A DNA stretch of 64,000 nucleotides from an uncultured Clostridia bacterium. GTDB taxonomy: Bacteria > Bacillota > Clostridia > Oscillospirales > CAG-272. The notes beneath the pieces were generated by a model. The model saw only the letters and a list, made by a program, of their open reading frames with translations, was not told where the DNA came from and did not search any database. Both the position numbers and the translations under genes were made by a program. Position 1 is the first letter of the stretch. Each line of letters opens with the position of its first letter. Below are positions 1 through 9,369 of the stretch, piece by piece. Location of the stretch: the NCBI GenBank assembly GCA_945929845.1, contig CAMEON010000003.1, positions 16,723 through 80,722 on the forward strand, given 5' to 3'.

Positions 1-836
1 GCACCTCCCACTACCGCGGGCAGAAGAAATACGAAAACAACTACTCCGGCTACCTCTTCTGCGGTGACTGCGGCTCGCCCATGTTCTCACGCAGTCGTCC
101 CGACCTTGCCGATGCCTATATCTGCGGCACCTACCACACAAGAGGAAAGGCAGGTTGCACCACCCATCACATCCGTGTGGACGTGCTTGACCGTGAGTTG
201 AAGCGATACGTGGAAAGACTCTGTCATACCTCGGAGGATATGCTGAAGCGGCTTGAAGCCGAGATCAGCTTTGAGCCGAGCGCCATTCAGGACAGCACGA
301 ATGCAACCGTAGAGCTTGCCGCCCTCATCGAACAGGAGAAGGAAGCGCTCAAGATTCTGATGCGTCAAAAGGCGCGCGACCTTTCGCGTGCCAAGGGCAA
401 CGAGGACGTCATCATGGAGATGTATGACGGTTTGATCGAAGAAGCCGCCAACCGCATCCACGGACTTGAAAACCAGATCGCCATGTCGGCAGATACGAGA
501 AACACCATCATTCGCGCCAACCGACACGCCAAGGCGGTGCTGGATATCTTCCGCGATATGCTGACCAAGGAAAAGCTCGACAAGCGCGATATCAGCCTCA
601 TCGTGGACAGAATCATCGTCTACGAAAACCGCATTGAGATAAAGCTCCGAAACGATGTGGACGCGCTCCTGCGGTGTGAGGACACGCACGATGTGCCGCC
701 CACAGAGGGGCAATCCGCAAATTTTAACGAGGACACTAAAAATATCGAAAGCGCCACAGAAAAATACAGCTCTGTGGCAGTACAATCAGCAAAAAACCAG
801 AATGATAAGGTTTTTAGTGTCAATGTTATCAGTGGC
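1..836 (+). mobile_element. Right-hand end of an integrated element (prophage, ICE or intervening element) inserted in spoVT. The junction is at about nt 830-840.
   Basis: A recombinase gene lies at the extreme end. An AT-rich tail (about 715-830) is followed by an abrupt switch to GC-rich spoVT-homologous sequence at about 837. Confidence 0.6.
3..836 (+). CDS. Large serine recombinase, C-terminal part. The 5' end lies left of the window, and there is no stop codon before the spoVT-derived segment.
   Basis: The frame is open from nt 3. YLFCGDCGSPMF...YICGTYHTRGKAGCTTHHIRV is the Cys-rich zinc ribbon of large serine recombinases. It is followed by a long Glu/Lys/Leu coiled-coil-like segment and a DRIIVYENRIEIKL tail as in TndX/TnpX/SpoIVCA-type enzymes. 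Confidence 0.75.
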
Positions 837-1313
837 GGAGACCCCCTGGAAATCTATACAGACCGCGAAGGCGAGGTCATATTCAAAAAGTATTCTCCCA
901 TCGGTGAGCTGGCAGCCTTTGCCGGGCAGTATGCCGAGACACTGCACAAGACCTGTGGATTATCGGTGGCCATTTGTGACAGGGATGCTATCATTGCCTG
1001 CGCCGGTATTCCCCGGAAGGAGTTCCACGACAAGCCGCTTTCCCCGTCTTTGGAAAGCATTATTGAGGGACGCAGTCTGTATGTCCATACAGAAGGTGGC
1101 GAGTTCAAGCCCTTGACCGCAGACAGTGACTCCCACTATATCCACTGCGCCATGCCCATCCTGACCGAGGGGGACATCATGGGCTGTGTGGTGTCGGTTC
1201 GCTCCCAGGGAGACGACAACGGCGGAGACAAAGCCTCCGTTCCCGGCCCGGATGTAGAGTCCAAGCTGATTCAGACCGCCGCCGGTTTTTTGGGCAGGCA
1301 GTTGGAAAGCTGA
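837..1313 (+). pseudogene. spoVT: spoVT 3' fragment (sporulation regulator SpoVT, GAF-like C-terminal domain). About 30 N-terminal codons are missing.
   Basis: GDPLEIYTDREGEVIFKKYSPIGEL...CDRDAIIACAG...TEGDIMGCVVSV...IQTAAGFLGRQLES is colinear with B. subtilis SpoVT (sequence recalled from memory) from about residue 31 to the C-terminus. The AbrB-type N-terminal hairpin is absent. Confidence 0.8.
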
Positions 1314-1423
1314 AGCCCACCGTATGACCGGGGCAGGCGCACAGGCACGGTGAGGCATCCTTCCGATGCCATCATCGTGCTTCGCCGGTACATAGATGAA
1401 ATGGGACGATGAAAAGTTGAAAC

Positions 1424-1456
1424 GGGAGAGCCGAAGCTCTCCCGCTTTTTGTTTTT
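1424..1456. terminator. Rho-independent terminator between convergent spoVT and the ABC operon
   Basis: GGGAGAGC-cgaa-GCTCTCCC hairpin followed by GCTTTTTGTTTTT. Confidence 0.75.
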
Positions 1457-1495
1457 CTGAAAGTCAAGTCGCTTCCTGAGCCGTCCCAAAGGACA

Positions 1496-2590
1496 TCAGT
1501 CTGCAGTCAGACCGGAGCGCTCGATACCCTGAACCAGGAAGTTCTGGCAGAACGCATACAGGATGACCAGCGGCATGATGATGCACAAGCCGCAGGTATT
1601 CCGAATGGCGGCGTAGTACATATTCTGTCCGGCGTAGTCCGTCTTCAGGGATGTAGGAATATCCACGATGTCCGGCATCAGGACGATCTTGGATGTGGTG
1701 AAGAACAGCTCGGTGTAGAAGTCATCTGTCCACTGCCAGCAGAAAGCGAACAGGAAGACAGTCACCATCATGGGTATGGACAGCGGCAGGATGATGGTTA
1801 CGAAGGTACGGAAGGTACCGGAACCATCGATGTAAGCCGACTCCTCCAGCGCATCAGGCACGCCAGTGAAGAACTGACGGAGCATGAAAATGTACAAACC
1901 GTTCTTGAAAGCCAGGCCGGTTGCCGACAGGATCAGCAGAGGCCAGTAGGTGTTGGTCAGGTTCACACCGCCATCCTTCAGAGGAATCAGGTGAATATTG
2001 GCCAGTACCGCATCCAGCCCTTCTATACCTGTGGACGCATGGCCACTGAGAAGGGACAGGATACCCCAGATGTCAAAGTACCGGAACTGCATGAACATGG
2101 AGAGCTGCAGGGTCTGGTGAGGCACCACCATGGTCAGAATGACCAGCAGCATGATCAGCTTGTTCCCGCGGAAGCGGAACTTCGCCAGTCCGTAGGCGAT
2201 CAGACAGCAAACGAAGGTTTGCAGGATGCCGCAGGACAGGGAGATGATCAGGGTATTCCGGAATGCTGAGAAGTATTTCAACTCTGTCAGGACTGCCTTA
2301 TAAATATCCAGTGTAAAGTTCTTGGGGATCAGTCGGACAGTCACATCCACGAAGTCCTCCGGGGACATGAAGGAGCCGGCGATCTTTGTAAAGAAGGGAT
2401 ACAGCACGACATAGGAGATACCGATCAGCAGGACCAGGCGGAAGATGTACCAAACCACCTTCTGGAAGAAGTACAGATTCACAAACTTAGCCTTGAGTCT
2501 GTCCTTCAGGGGCGTTCTTTCGAAATCCGCCTTGATCTTCCTTTTGGTTTCTTTGGTGATTCTGGGTGTAGAATTCATATTTGCGTCCAT
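1496..2590 (-). CDS. Carbohydrate ABC transporter permease (MalG/BPD_transp_1 type) with an N-terminal extension
   Basis: Multi-pass membrane protein with the EAA-loop motif EESAYIDGSGTFRTFVTIILPLSIP. At 364 aa it is longer than the usual ~280 aa. Confidence 0.85.
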   Translation of the reverse strand: MDANMNSTPRITKETKRKIKADFERTPLKDRLKAKFVNLYFFQKVVWYIFRLVLLIGISYVVLYPFFTKIAGSFMSPEDFVDVTVRLIPKNFTLDIYKAVLTELKYFSAFRNTLIISLSCGILQTFVCCLIAYGLAKFRFRGNKLIMLLVILTMVVPHQTLQLSMFMQFRYFDIWGILSLLSGHASTGIEGLDAVLANIHLIPLKDGGVNLTNTYWPLLILSATGLAFKNGLYIFMLRQFFTGVPDALEESAYIDGSGTFRTFVTIILPLSIPMMVTVFLFAFCWQWTDDFYTELFFTTSKIVLMPDIVDIPTSLKTDYAGQNMYYAAIRNTCGLCIIMPLVILYAFCQNFLVQGIERSGLTAD

Positions 2591-2602
2591 TCTTCTGCCT
2601 CC

Positions 2603-3580
2603 TTAATCTCGTTTCTGGTAGAATACGTAGGCGGAGAATATACCGGCAATGGCCGCCAGAATCAACATCACCAGCAGGAAGTACATCCAGGCCATGGCCG
2701 AGGAGTGTACCTGTCCATCCTGACTCTGATACACCGAGTTGATATACACCATCACCGTGTTGGAGTTGGTGGTGAAGGAGTCAATGATGGTATACACAGC
2801 GTTCACCAGGATCATGGGGCTGATCATGGGGAAGGTGATCTTCCAGAAGGTCTCCCATGCGGTGGCACCGTCAATGCGGCAGGCCTCATAAATAGCAGGA
2901 GAGATGGACTGAAGTCCGGCCAGGAATATCAGCATCTGAACGCCGGAACGGTTCACAATGTCATAGATGTTATTGATCATATCAACCACATACTCCACCA
3001 GTCCTGTACCTATCTTCATGGAAGAGAACAACCGTTCAATATCAATGGCTGATACGATCTCTGATGCCGCACTGGAATTGGATCCGTCGTTGATGCCGCC
3101 CGCTTCCTCCATGTAGGAACCAAGAATGTTCTGGCCCTCTACCGACTCCATAATACCGGTGGACAGGATGACGGGGATGAAGAATATGGCACGGAACACT
3201 GCACGGCCAGCCATCTTCTGGTTCAGAAGCACGGCCATGAACAGGGAGAACAGCAGGATCGCAGGGACATCAAAGGCAAGCTCCTTCAGTCCAGCCACCA
3301 GAGTCTGCACAAAGCTGGGATCCTCTGTCAGGGCGTACTTGTAGTTTTCAAGTCCTGCCCACTCCAGATGGTATCCGCCGCCGGTCACGATCTGGAGGTT
3401 GTAGAAGCTCATCCTGATCGAGTTGAGGATGATAGGCAGATACACGATGAGAAAGCCGATGACAAACGGGAGAACAAAGACCCAACCGGCCCGGGCCTTC
3501 CGCCGATCCAAAGAAGCGATTTTACGCTTCTTTGGCTTCGGGGCACTGACCGTGGATTGCAGTTTGACTTCATTGGTCAT
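2603..3580 (-). CDS. Carbohydrate ABC transporter permease (MalF type)
   Basis: EAA-loop motif EACRIDGATAWETFWKITFPMISP and 6 TM-like hydrophobic segments. It lies 12 nt from the partner permease. Confidence 0.85.
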   Translation of the reverse strand: MTNEVKLQSTVSAPKPKKRKIASLDRRKARAGWVFVLPFVIGFLIVYLPIILNSIRMSFYNLQIVTGGGYHLEWAGLENYKYALTEDPSFVQTLVAGLKELAFDVPAILLFSLFMAVLLNQKMAGRAVFRAIFFIPVILSTGIMESVEGQNILGSYMEEAGGINDGSNSSAASEIVSAIDIERLFSSMKIGTGLVEYVVDMINNIYDIVNRSGVQMLIFLAGLQSISPAIYEACRIDGATAWETFWKITFPMISPMILVNAVYTIIDSFTTNSNTVMVYINSVYQSQDGQVHSSAMAWMYFLLVMLILAAIAGIFSAYVFYQKRD

Positions 3581-3613
3581 AATATGTTACCTCTCTTTCT
3601 TTCTCCGGTCGGA

Positions 3614-6600
3614 TCAGCGCATGACAACCACATACCCATACGCAGGGATGGTATATGTGATTCCATCATACACGACGCTCACCGAGAAGTTGTTATAGTT
3701 CAGGAGGAACGTCTTATAGCCTTCATAACTGCCGTTGCTGGTCTTCTCGCCGTAGGTGACTGCCACAATGCGGCCGTCAGCGGACAGGTACTTGGAAGGA
3801 TCCTCTTCTTCCTCGTCTTCGATGACCGTCACCACACGGATCATATCGTCAATATCCTTCTCCGTCATGGTGGTTGTTGTGGTCACATAGTAGCGCAACA
3901 GGGTCTTCAGCTTTTCGCTGGCTGTGTACAGGTCATCGCCATACACCTCAGATACATGGAAGGTGGTCTCCTTGGCAGCGCTCAGCTTGGTCAGCACAGC
4001 GTTGTAGTAGTAATACCGGATGTAAGCTGAGATCTCGGCGCACAGGGCATCCTTTGCCTCACCCTCCTCGGACTGTGCATCCGTCAGGTACATACCTGCC
4101 AGCAGCTTCTCGTAGATCTCGTTGACCCATTCGCTCATTTCCTCATCGGTCTTGAGTCTGGTCAGGGCGTAATCCGGAAGCTCTCCACGGGCTGTGCCGG
4201 TCTTGGCAGCAGCAACCAGCTCGGATACGGGTGTCTGTACAAAGTCCTTGTCGAAATACTTAATGGCGTTCTTATACTTGGTAGAATTGGTAGCAGCGAG
4301 CTTGTTGCCATCGTAAAGGGACAGCGTGGGCACCTCATCCATCAGGTACTCAGAGAAGCTCTGGAACAACAGGTAGATGTAGTAGCTCTGCACATCGGAC
4401 GCCATGGAGTAGTTACCGCTGATGTAGTAGGTCACACGGGAAGCAACATCCTTGGTGAAAGCCGTCAGAGAGTTGTAGTCCTCCGAGAAGGATTCCACAT
4501 CGCCCAGCGCACGGAGGATCATGTCATACACCTCATAGTCTGTGGTGTTCTCCGTGATATTGGCTACGATCTGATCGTGCTTGGCGGCCACTGCGGCCCG
4601 GATGGTTGCATCCATAGCACCCATCTGGCTGTCGTAGTAGTAACTGATCACCTCAGCATCAGCCAGCTTGACCAGGTATACATAGTACACAAACTCGGTA
4701 GCCTCTGCCTCCAGATCCACGCTGTCCGCAAAGGTGTGCTGTTTCAGCTTGTCAACCAGGTCGGCAATGATGCCACCCAGGTCATCCACGCTGGCCGTAG
4801 CCACGGCTTCGGTCACATAAGTCAGAAATTCCTCATTGAGTGCGGCCTTGTCCGAAGTGCTTAGTCCCGCATCCTTGAAATCGAAGGTAGGCTTGCTCTT
4901 GTCGTCCAGACTGCCCACGATGAGAGTCGCATATGCCTTGGCGTAGGCCTTGGCAATGTTGTCACTCACATCGCCGTACATATCCTTGATCTCTTCAGCA
5001 ACGATGCTCAGCTTAGCGTTCAGGGTATCATCCTTCAGCATAGCCTCCAATGCTGCCTTGAAGCCTTCGGTCTTGCCGTATGCGTTCAGTCGGTTGTTGG
5101 CCAGTGCCGCCAGGGAAGAATCACTCTTGGTAGACACGGTAATGACGCTGAGAGAATCCACAGTGCCCTCCGGCTTCATCAAAGCGATGACTGCCTGATA
5201 GTACTTGCCTTCGATGTAATTTCTCACATCCGACTCAACGGTATCGGGGGTCAGGTAGGTAGCGAAAGGATCGGCACCTTCCTCACCGGCTTTGGTGATG
5301 ATCTTGACACAGTCGGCCACAGCCTTATTCAGAACATCTGCCGACACGACGGCATCCATGCTGTAGTTACCGTCAGTCACGCCGGAAAGCAGAGCGGTGA
5401 TCTGCTTGGAAATGATGCTGTTGATACTGGTGGTCAGTTTGTTGATGTTGGTGGTGTTGGCCACGACCTTACCCTTTTCATTGACACGGGTGGGATCGAA
5501 GTTCAGAGCAGGCACCACGCTGTTGTCGCTAAGCCCGCTGACGGAGGTGTAGAGTATATTCAGGAAGTAGCCCAGCACATTCTCATCCACCTCGCTCAGT
5601 CCGTTGGCTCCCTTCTCATCGGAGAGGATGGGGTCAAAGACATACGCATCGCCCAACAGCTCCCGGAGGTGCAGGATCAGTCCGCTGACGGAGGAGGAAC
5701 CCTCCACGATACCGTACTTGGCGGCCAGCTCTGCATCAGTCAGATCCTTGTTGGCATCCAGGTAACGGAGTGCCACATAATCCACCTCTGTCAGGCCGTA
5801 TTCCTTTTGAGCCAGCATCTCGTAGAGCTTTTCGCCCTTGCCGATGACACCGATCTGGCCTGCGGTATTCTCACCGTAGCAACTGTAGAGCAGGTTGGAG
5901 ATGTGCACATACAGGAAGGTATCCACCTCTGCCTTGTCCACAGTCAGGTTGAACCGGACACCCAGCTGCTGCTCTATCATCGCCCTGGCAGATTCCAACT
6001 GCTCTCTGGCCTCGTCAATGATGCTCTGGGGTACACCTTCGGTTGCACCGATCAGGGTCTGTCCTTCCTCTGCCACCTTCAACAGGTTGGTCAGATTCTC
6101 ATACTCGGTCTCCAGTGTCAGGATCGCACGGGAGATGTTGCGAACATAGGTCTTGAGCTGTGGCGAAGCCTGCTTCTGTGTCGTCTCGGCAGAGATCAGC
6201 AGGGGAGACAATGCCTCCTTGTCCTCGGCAGAAGCGGCTTCATACTCAGCCAGCACCTTCTGATAGGCTGCATTCGCCTCCGTGTATGCGGCCAGGCGGC
6301 GCTCATAGGAGCGTTCACCGGTGACATAGAGGTAGGCGGCACCGCTGATGCTGCTGTAGTTGGTGATGCAGGAGTTGATGAAATCCTTGGCAGAAGTCTG
6401 CACGCTGGCGATGTTCTTACGGGCATCGGCTACAGCCTGACTCTGCTGCTGGCGCTCATACTCGTCCTTGTTGATCTGGTAATCCAGCACCTGCTCGAAC
6501 TCGGCCAGGATATCGTTCTCCAGCTCGTCGGTATCCGGTACACGCATACCGCTGAGGAACTCGTGGTCAATGATCAGCTTATCCTGTACATCCTTCAGTA

Positions 6601-9349
6601 CACCGTTCACCTCGTTGTAGATCTCCACGACATCGTCGTACCAGATGTCGTACCGGATGGAGTAGTACTGGCTCAGGAGGTACCACTCCTTGAGCAGCTC
6701 GGTGTTGGTGTAGGACAGGGTGAAATACAGGGAAGCACCGTTCTCAATGGCCTTCAGCTTGGCATAGTTCACATCGCCTTCCATGTTCAGCGGAGATCCG
6801 GCGAAATTCATGTAGCCGTGAAGCACCACGCCGATGAAGGGCACGCTGTAGCTGGAGCGGATATACCGGCTGGAGTCAAGGGCCACATCCAGGATGTGAT
6901 CCACATACTTCCAGGTGTAGACATTACCGCCGTCCACCATGACCTCCAGGTTGGACTTCTCCTCAGAGGACAGGTAATCCAGTGCCTTCTGAACGAAGCC
7001 TCTGGAGTCCTCCCGGTTGAAAGGTTCATCCTCGTCGAAGTCGGAGTTCAGGTCGCTGCCCAGCGTACCTACCGAGATACCGGTCACATTGTCGTACTTC
7101 AGGTAGTTGGACACCAGCTTCTCATAGAAGTGGCTGAAGTAAGCGGGGGAGATAGCCAGCATGCCGACGCTCATGTACCGCTGCTGGGTAGGCATATACT
7201 GCCGCTTATTGGTATACCGGTCGTCGATGGTCTTGACGGCATGCTTTCTCAGGGACAGCCCGTCAAACAGGCCGGTCTCGTTGACATAGGAGAAATCGAA
7301 GTCCGGGAAGATACCCAGGTTGCCATCGGTCACGCCGGCGGCGTAATCGAACAGCTCCTGCATACTGGTATCCTTGGACACGGCACGCTCCCACTTGAGC
7401 CGGTAAGGCATCTTGGCGTACATACCGCCGTTGGCAAAGCCGGTCAGCTTGAAGTTGATGTTGGTCACACCGTCAGCCGACAGCTCCTCGTACATGGTGA
7501 TAATGTCAGCCGCTGAAGTCAGGGCTTTCTTGACCGTGACCGGGATGGAGGCGATCTTCTCAATGGTCTCCAGGGATCCGAAGGCCTCAATGTACATCGG
7601 AATGTCGCCGGAGGTCTCCTCCTCAGTCAGACGGGACAGGACACCCTTGTTCACCAGATAATCCCGGTAGGCAAAGGCCATACCCAGCCAGGTTGCCTCA
7701 TACCATCCGTCAGCCTTCAGCTCTCCGGCCGCCACTTTTTCCTCGGCGACAGTCTCGTCGGTGAGCATGATGTAGTGAACCTTGAAGTTACCGGTGTACT
7801 TCCGGTCGGTGATGACAGTCCACTCGGTGTTGGTACCGACGGAAATGGAATCTGCCAGGTTGTAAGAGTCCTGAGGCCGGGGGTTGAAGTTCATCATGAC
7901 GGTGTCATAGGGAGACAGCACGCCGGAATGGTAGTACACCATATTGGTCAGCGCATCGCCTTCCTCGATGATAGCCGTAAAGCCCCTGTTCACCGTCACA
8001 GGACGGATCTCACTGGCCGAGGAAATCAGCGTGGCGTAGTCCTTGAACGCCGCGGGTACCGTTGTTCCCTCCTTCTGGGCATCCACCACCTTATCGTAGA
8101 TCAGACCGGAAATGGTCGTGGTCTTGATCTCACCGGTATCGTCATCGTACTCATCGCACTCATAGTACTGGGTATTCTCTACGATACCGAAGGCAGGATA
8201 GCGAACGACCTGCTGGTAGGTACCGGTGATCTGGTGGTAGGCATAGTCAGCACCGTAGATCTTGCTGGCCACGGAGGTGGTGTTGGTGTTGACCAGATCC
8301 TCCATGGAGAACAGGGTACCGGAGCCGTCCGGATAGAAGACATAGCCCTCATAGGCGTTGTTGCCTGCACCCATGTACGGCAGGATGCTGATATTGGTAA
8401 GCTGGTAGAGAGATTCGTTGAAGGTCAGACCGTTGACAGGCAGACGGACAGTGAAGCCGTCGTCCTCCAGGGTATACTCCAGTGCCATCTTGAACACGGG
8501 AGGATTGGTCTCGTCGCTCTCATACCCGGTGAGCTGATGGTCGTAGTCCATCTCCTCGTAGGAATACTCCGGGCAGGCGGCCTTGATCAGCTCCTCCACC
8601 TTTTCGATCTCGGTGGCGCTGGCTGTGGGGTCAAAGACCCAGATGTCCATCTCTGCGGTGATGGGGAAGGAAGCAAGCATATCCTGCTTCAGTCGGTCTG
8701 TGGCGCAGGCATCCAGATCCTTCACACCGTTGGCACCGCCATAGTAAGCCAAAAACTTCTTATAGTAGAAGTTGTCTTCATCGCCGCCATAGTACTCCAG
8801 CATGGGAGCCAGTATCTTCTCCCGGAAGCGGGAGTCCTCGATCCAACGGGGAACCAGGTGTCTGGCCTCCTCACGGCCGATGATGTACTCCACACGGATA
8901 CCGTTCTTGATATTCTTGACCGTGATCTGATCCCGGAGGGAGGCGTACTCATAGCTGCTGAATTCCTTCTCCTTGCCGTTATCCGTGTACTTGATGATGA
9001 TCTGGGAGAGATTCTGATACTTGATGCTTTCCGAAGAATTGCTGGCTCCCACATCATAGGGGTTGGTACTGATGATCTGACCGGTGACAGTATTCTTCAC
9101 CGCCACCTCACCGGAGTACTCGTCACAGTAGATCTGATAGTTGCCCTTTGTGAGCTTCAGCTTCATGGTGGCGAGCTTATCCTCCGGCGTGGCGAACACC
9201 TTTGTCAGATAATCGATCTGATTTTTCTTTTCCGTTTCCGTCTCAGTCGTTGTCTCCTCAGCCGCCACCGAGACAGTGAAAACCGTCACGACACTGCACA
9301 GCATGACAACAGCTAAGAGCAGGGAAAGGATCTTTTTACATTTCATCAT
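3614..9349 (-). CDS. Secreted 1911-aa protein of unknown function. The N-terminal ~900 aa resemble the DUF5696 family, and the C-terminal ~1000 aa are helical and Tyr-rich.
   Basis: Signal peptide MMKCKKILSLLLAVVMLCSVVTVFTVSVAA/EE. ILPYMGAGNNAYEGYVFYPDGSGTLF and the following alpha/beta segment match my recollection of DUF5696. Long uninterrupted ORF with no competing homologous ORF. Confidence 0.7.
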   Translation of the reverse strand: MMKCKKILSLLLAVVMLCSVVTVFTVSVAAEETTTETETEKKNQIDYLTKVFATPEDKLATMKLKLTKGNYQIYCDEYSGEVAVKNTVTGQIISTNPYDVGASNSSESIKYQNLSQIIIKYTDNGKEKEFSSYEYASLRDQITVKNIKNGIRVEYIIGREEARHLVPRWIEDSRFREKILAPMLEYYGGDEDNFYYKKFLAYYGGANGVKDLDACATDRLKQDMLASFPITAEMDIWVFDPTASATEIEKVEELIKAACPEYSYEEMDYDHQLTGYESDETNPPVFKMALEYTLEDDGFTVRLPVNGLTFNESLYQLTNISILPYMGAGNNAYEGYVFYPDGSGTLFSMEDLVNTNTTSVASKIYGADYAYHQITGTYQQVVRYPAFGIVENTQYYECDEYDDDTGEIKTTTISGLIYDKVVDAQKEGTTVPAAFKDYATLISSASEIRPVTVNRGFTAIIEEGDALTNMVYYHSGVLSPYDTVMMNFNPRPQDSYNLADSISVGTNTEWTVITDRKYTGNFKVHYIMLTDETVAEEKVAAGELKADGWYEATWLGMAFAYRDYLVNKGVLSRLTEEETSGDIPMYIEAFGSLETIEKIASIPVTVKKALTSAADIITMYEELSADGVTNINFKLTGFANGGMYAKMPYRLKWERAVSKDTSMQELFDYAAGVTDGNLGIFPDFDFSYVNETGLFDGLSLRKHAVKTIDDRYTNKRQYMPTQQRYMSVGMLAISPAYFSHFYEKLVSNYLKYDNVTGISVGTLGSDLNSDFDEDEPFNREDSRGFVQKALDYLSSEEKSNLEVMVDGGNVYTWKYVDHILDVALDSSRYIRSSYSVPFIGVVLHGYMNFAGSPLNMEGDVNYAKLKAIENGASLYFTLSYTNTELLKEWYLLSQYYSIRYDIWYDDVVEIYNEVNGVLKDVQDKLIIDHEFLSGMRVPDTDELENDILAEFEQVLDYQINKDEYERQQQSQAVADARKNIASVQTSAKDFINSCITNYSSISGAAYLYVTGERSYERRLAAYTEANAAYQKVLAEYEAASAEDKEALSPLLISAETTQKQASPQLKTYVRNISRAILTLETEYENLTNLLKVAEEGQTLIGATEGVPQSIIDEAREQLESARAMIEQQLGVRFNLTVDKAEVDTFLYVHISNLLYSCYGENTAGQIGVIGKGEKLYEMLAQKEYGLTEVDYVALRYLDANKDLTDAELAAKYGIVEGSSSVSGLILHLRELLGDAYVFDPILSDEKGANGLSEVDENVLGYFLNILYTSVSGLSDNSVVPALNFDPTRVNEKGKVVANTTNINKLTTSINSIISKQITALLSGVTDGNYSMDAVVSADVLNKAVADCVKIITKAGEEGADPFATYLTPDTVESDVRNYIEGKYYQAVIALMKPEGTVDSLSVITVSTKSDSSLAALANNRLNAYGKTEGFKAALEAMLKDDTLNAKLSIVAEEIKDMYGDVSDNIAKAYAKAYATLIVGSLDDKSKPTFDFKDAGLSTSDKAALNEEFLTYVTEAVATASVDDLGGIIADLVDKLKQHTFADSVDLEAEATEFVYYVYLVKLADAEVISYYYDSQMGAMDATIRAAVAAKHDQIVANITENTTDYEVYDMILRALGDVESFSEDYNSLTAFTKDVASRVTYYISGNYSMASDVQSYYIYLLFQSFSEYLMDEVPTLSLYDGNKLAATNSTKYKNAIKYFDKDFVQTPVSELVAAAKTGTARGELPDYALTRLKTDEEMSEWVNEIYEKLLAGMYLTDAQSEEGEAKDALCAEISAYIRYYYYNAVLTKLSAAKETTFHVSEVYGDDLYTASEKLKTLLRYYVTTTTTMTEKDIDDMIRVVTVIEDEEEEDPSKYLSADGRIVAVTYGEKTSNGSYEGYKTFLLNYNNFSVSVVYDGITYTIPAYGYVVVMR

Positions 9350-9369
9350 TCAGGCTTCTCCTATCTGCG

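Noticed and set aside
81-1313. Treating ORF 81-1313 as one ordinary 410-aa gene starting at the ATG at 81
   Set aside because: The frame is open back to nt 3 and encodes the recombinase zinc ribbon upstream of that Met. The ORF is a junction product of two unrelated genes.
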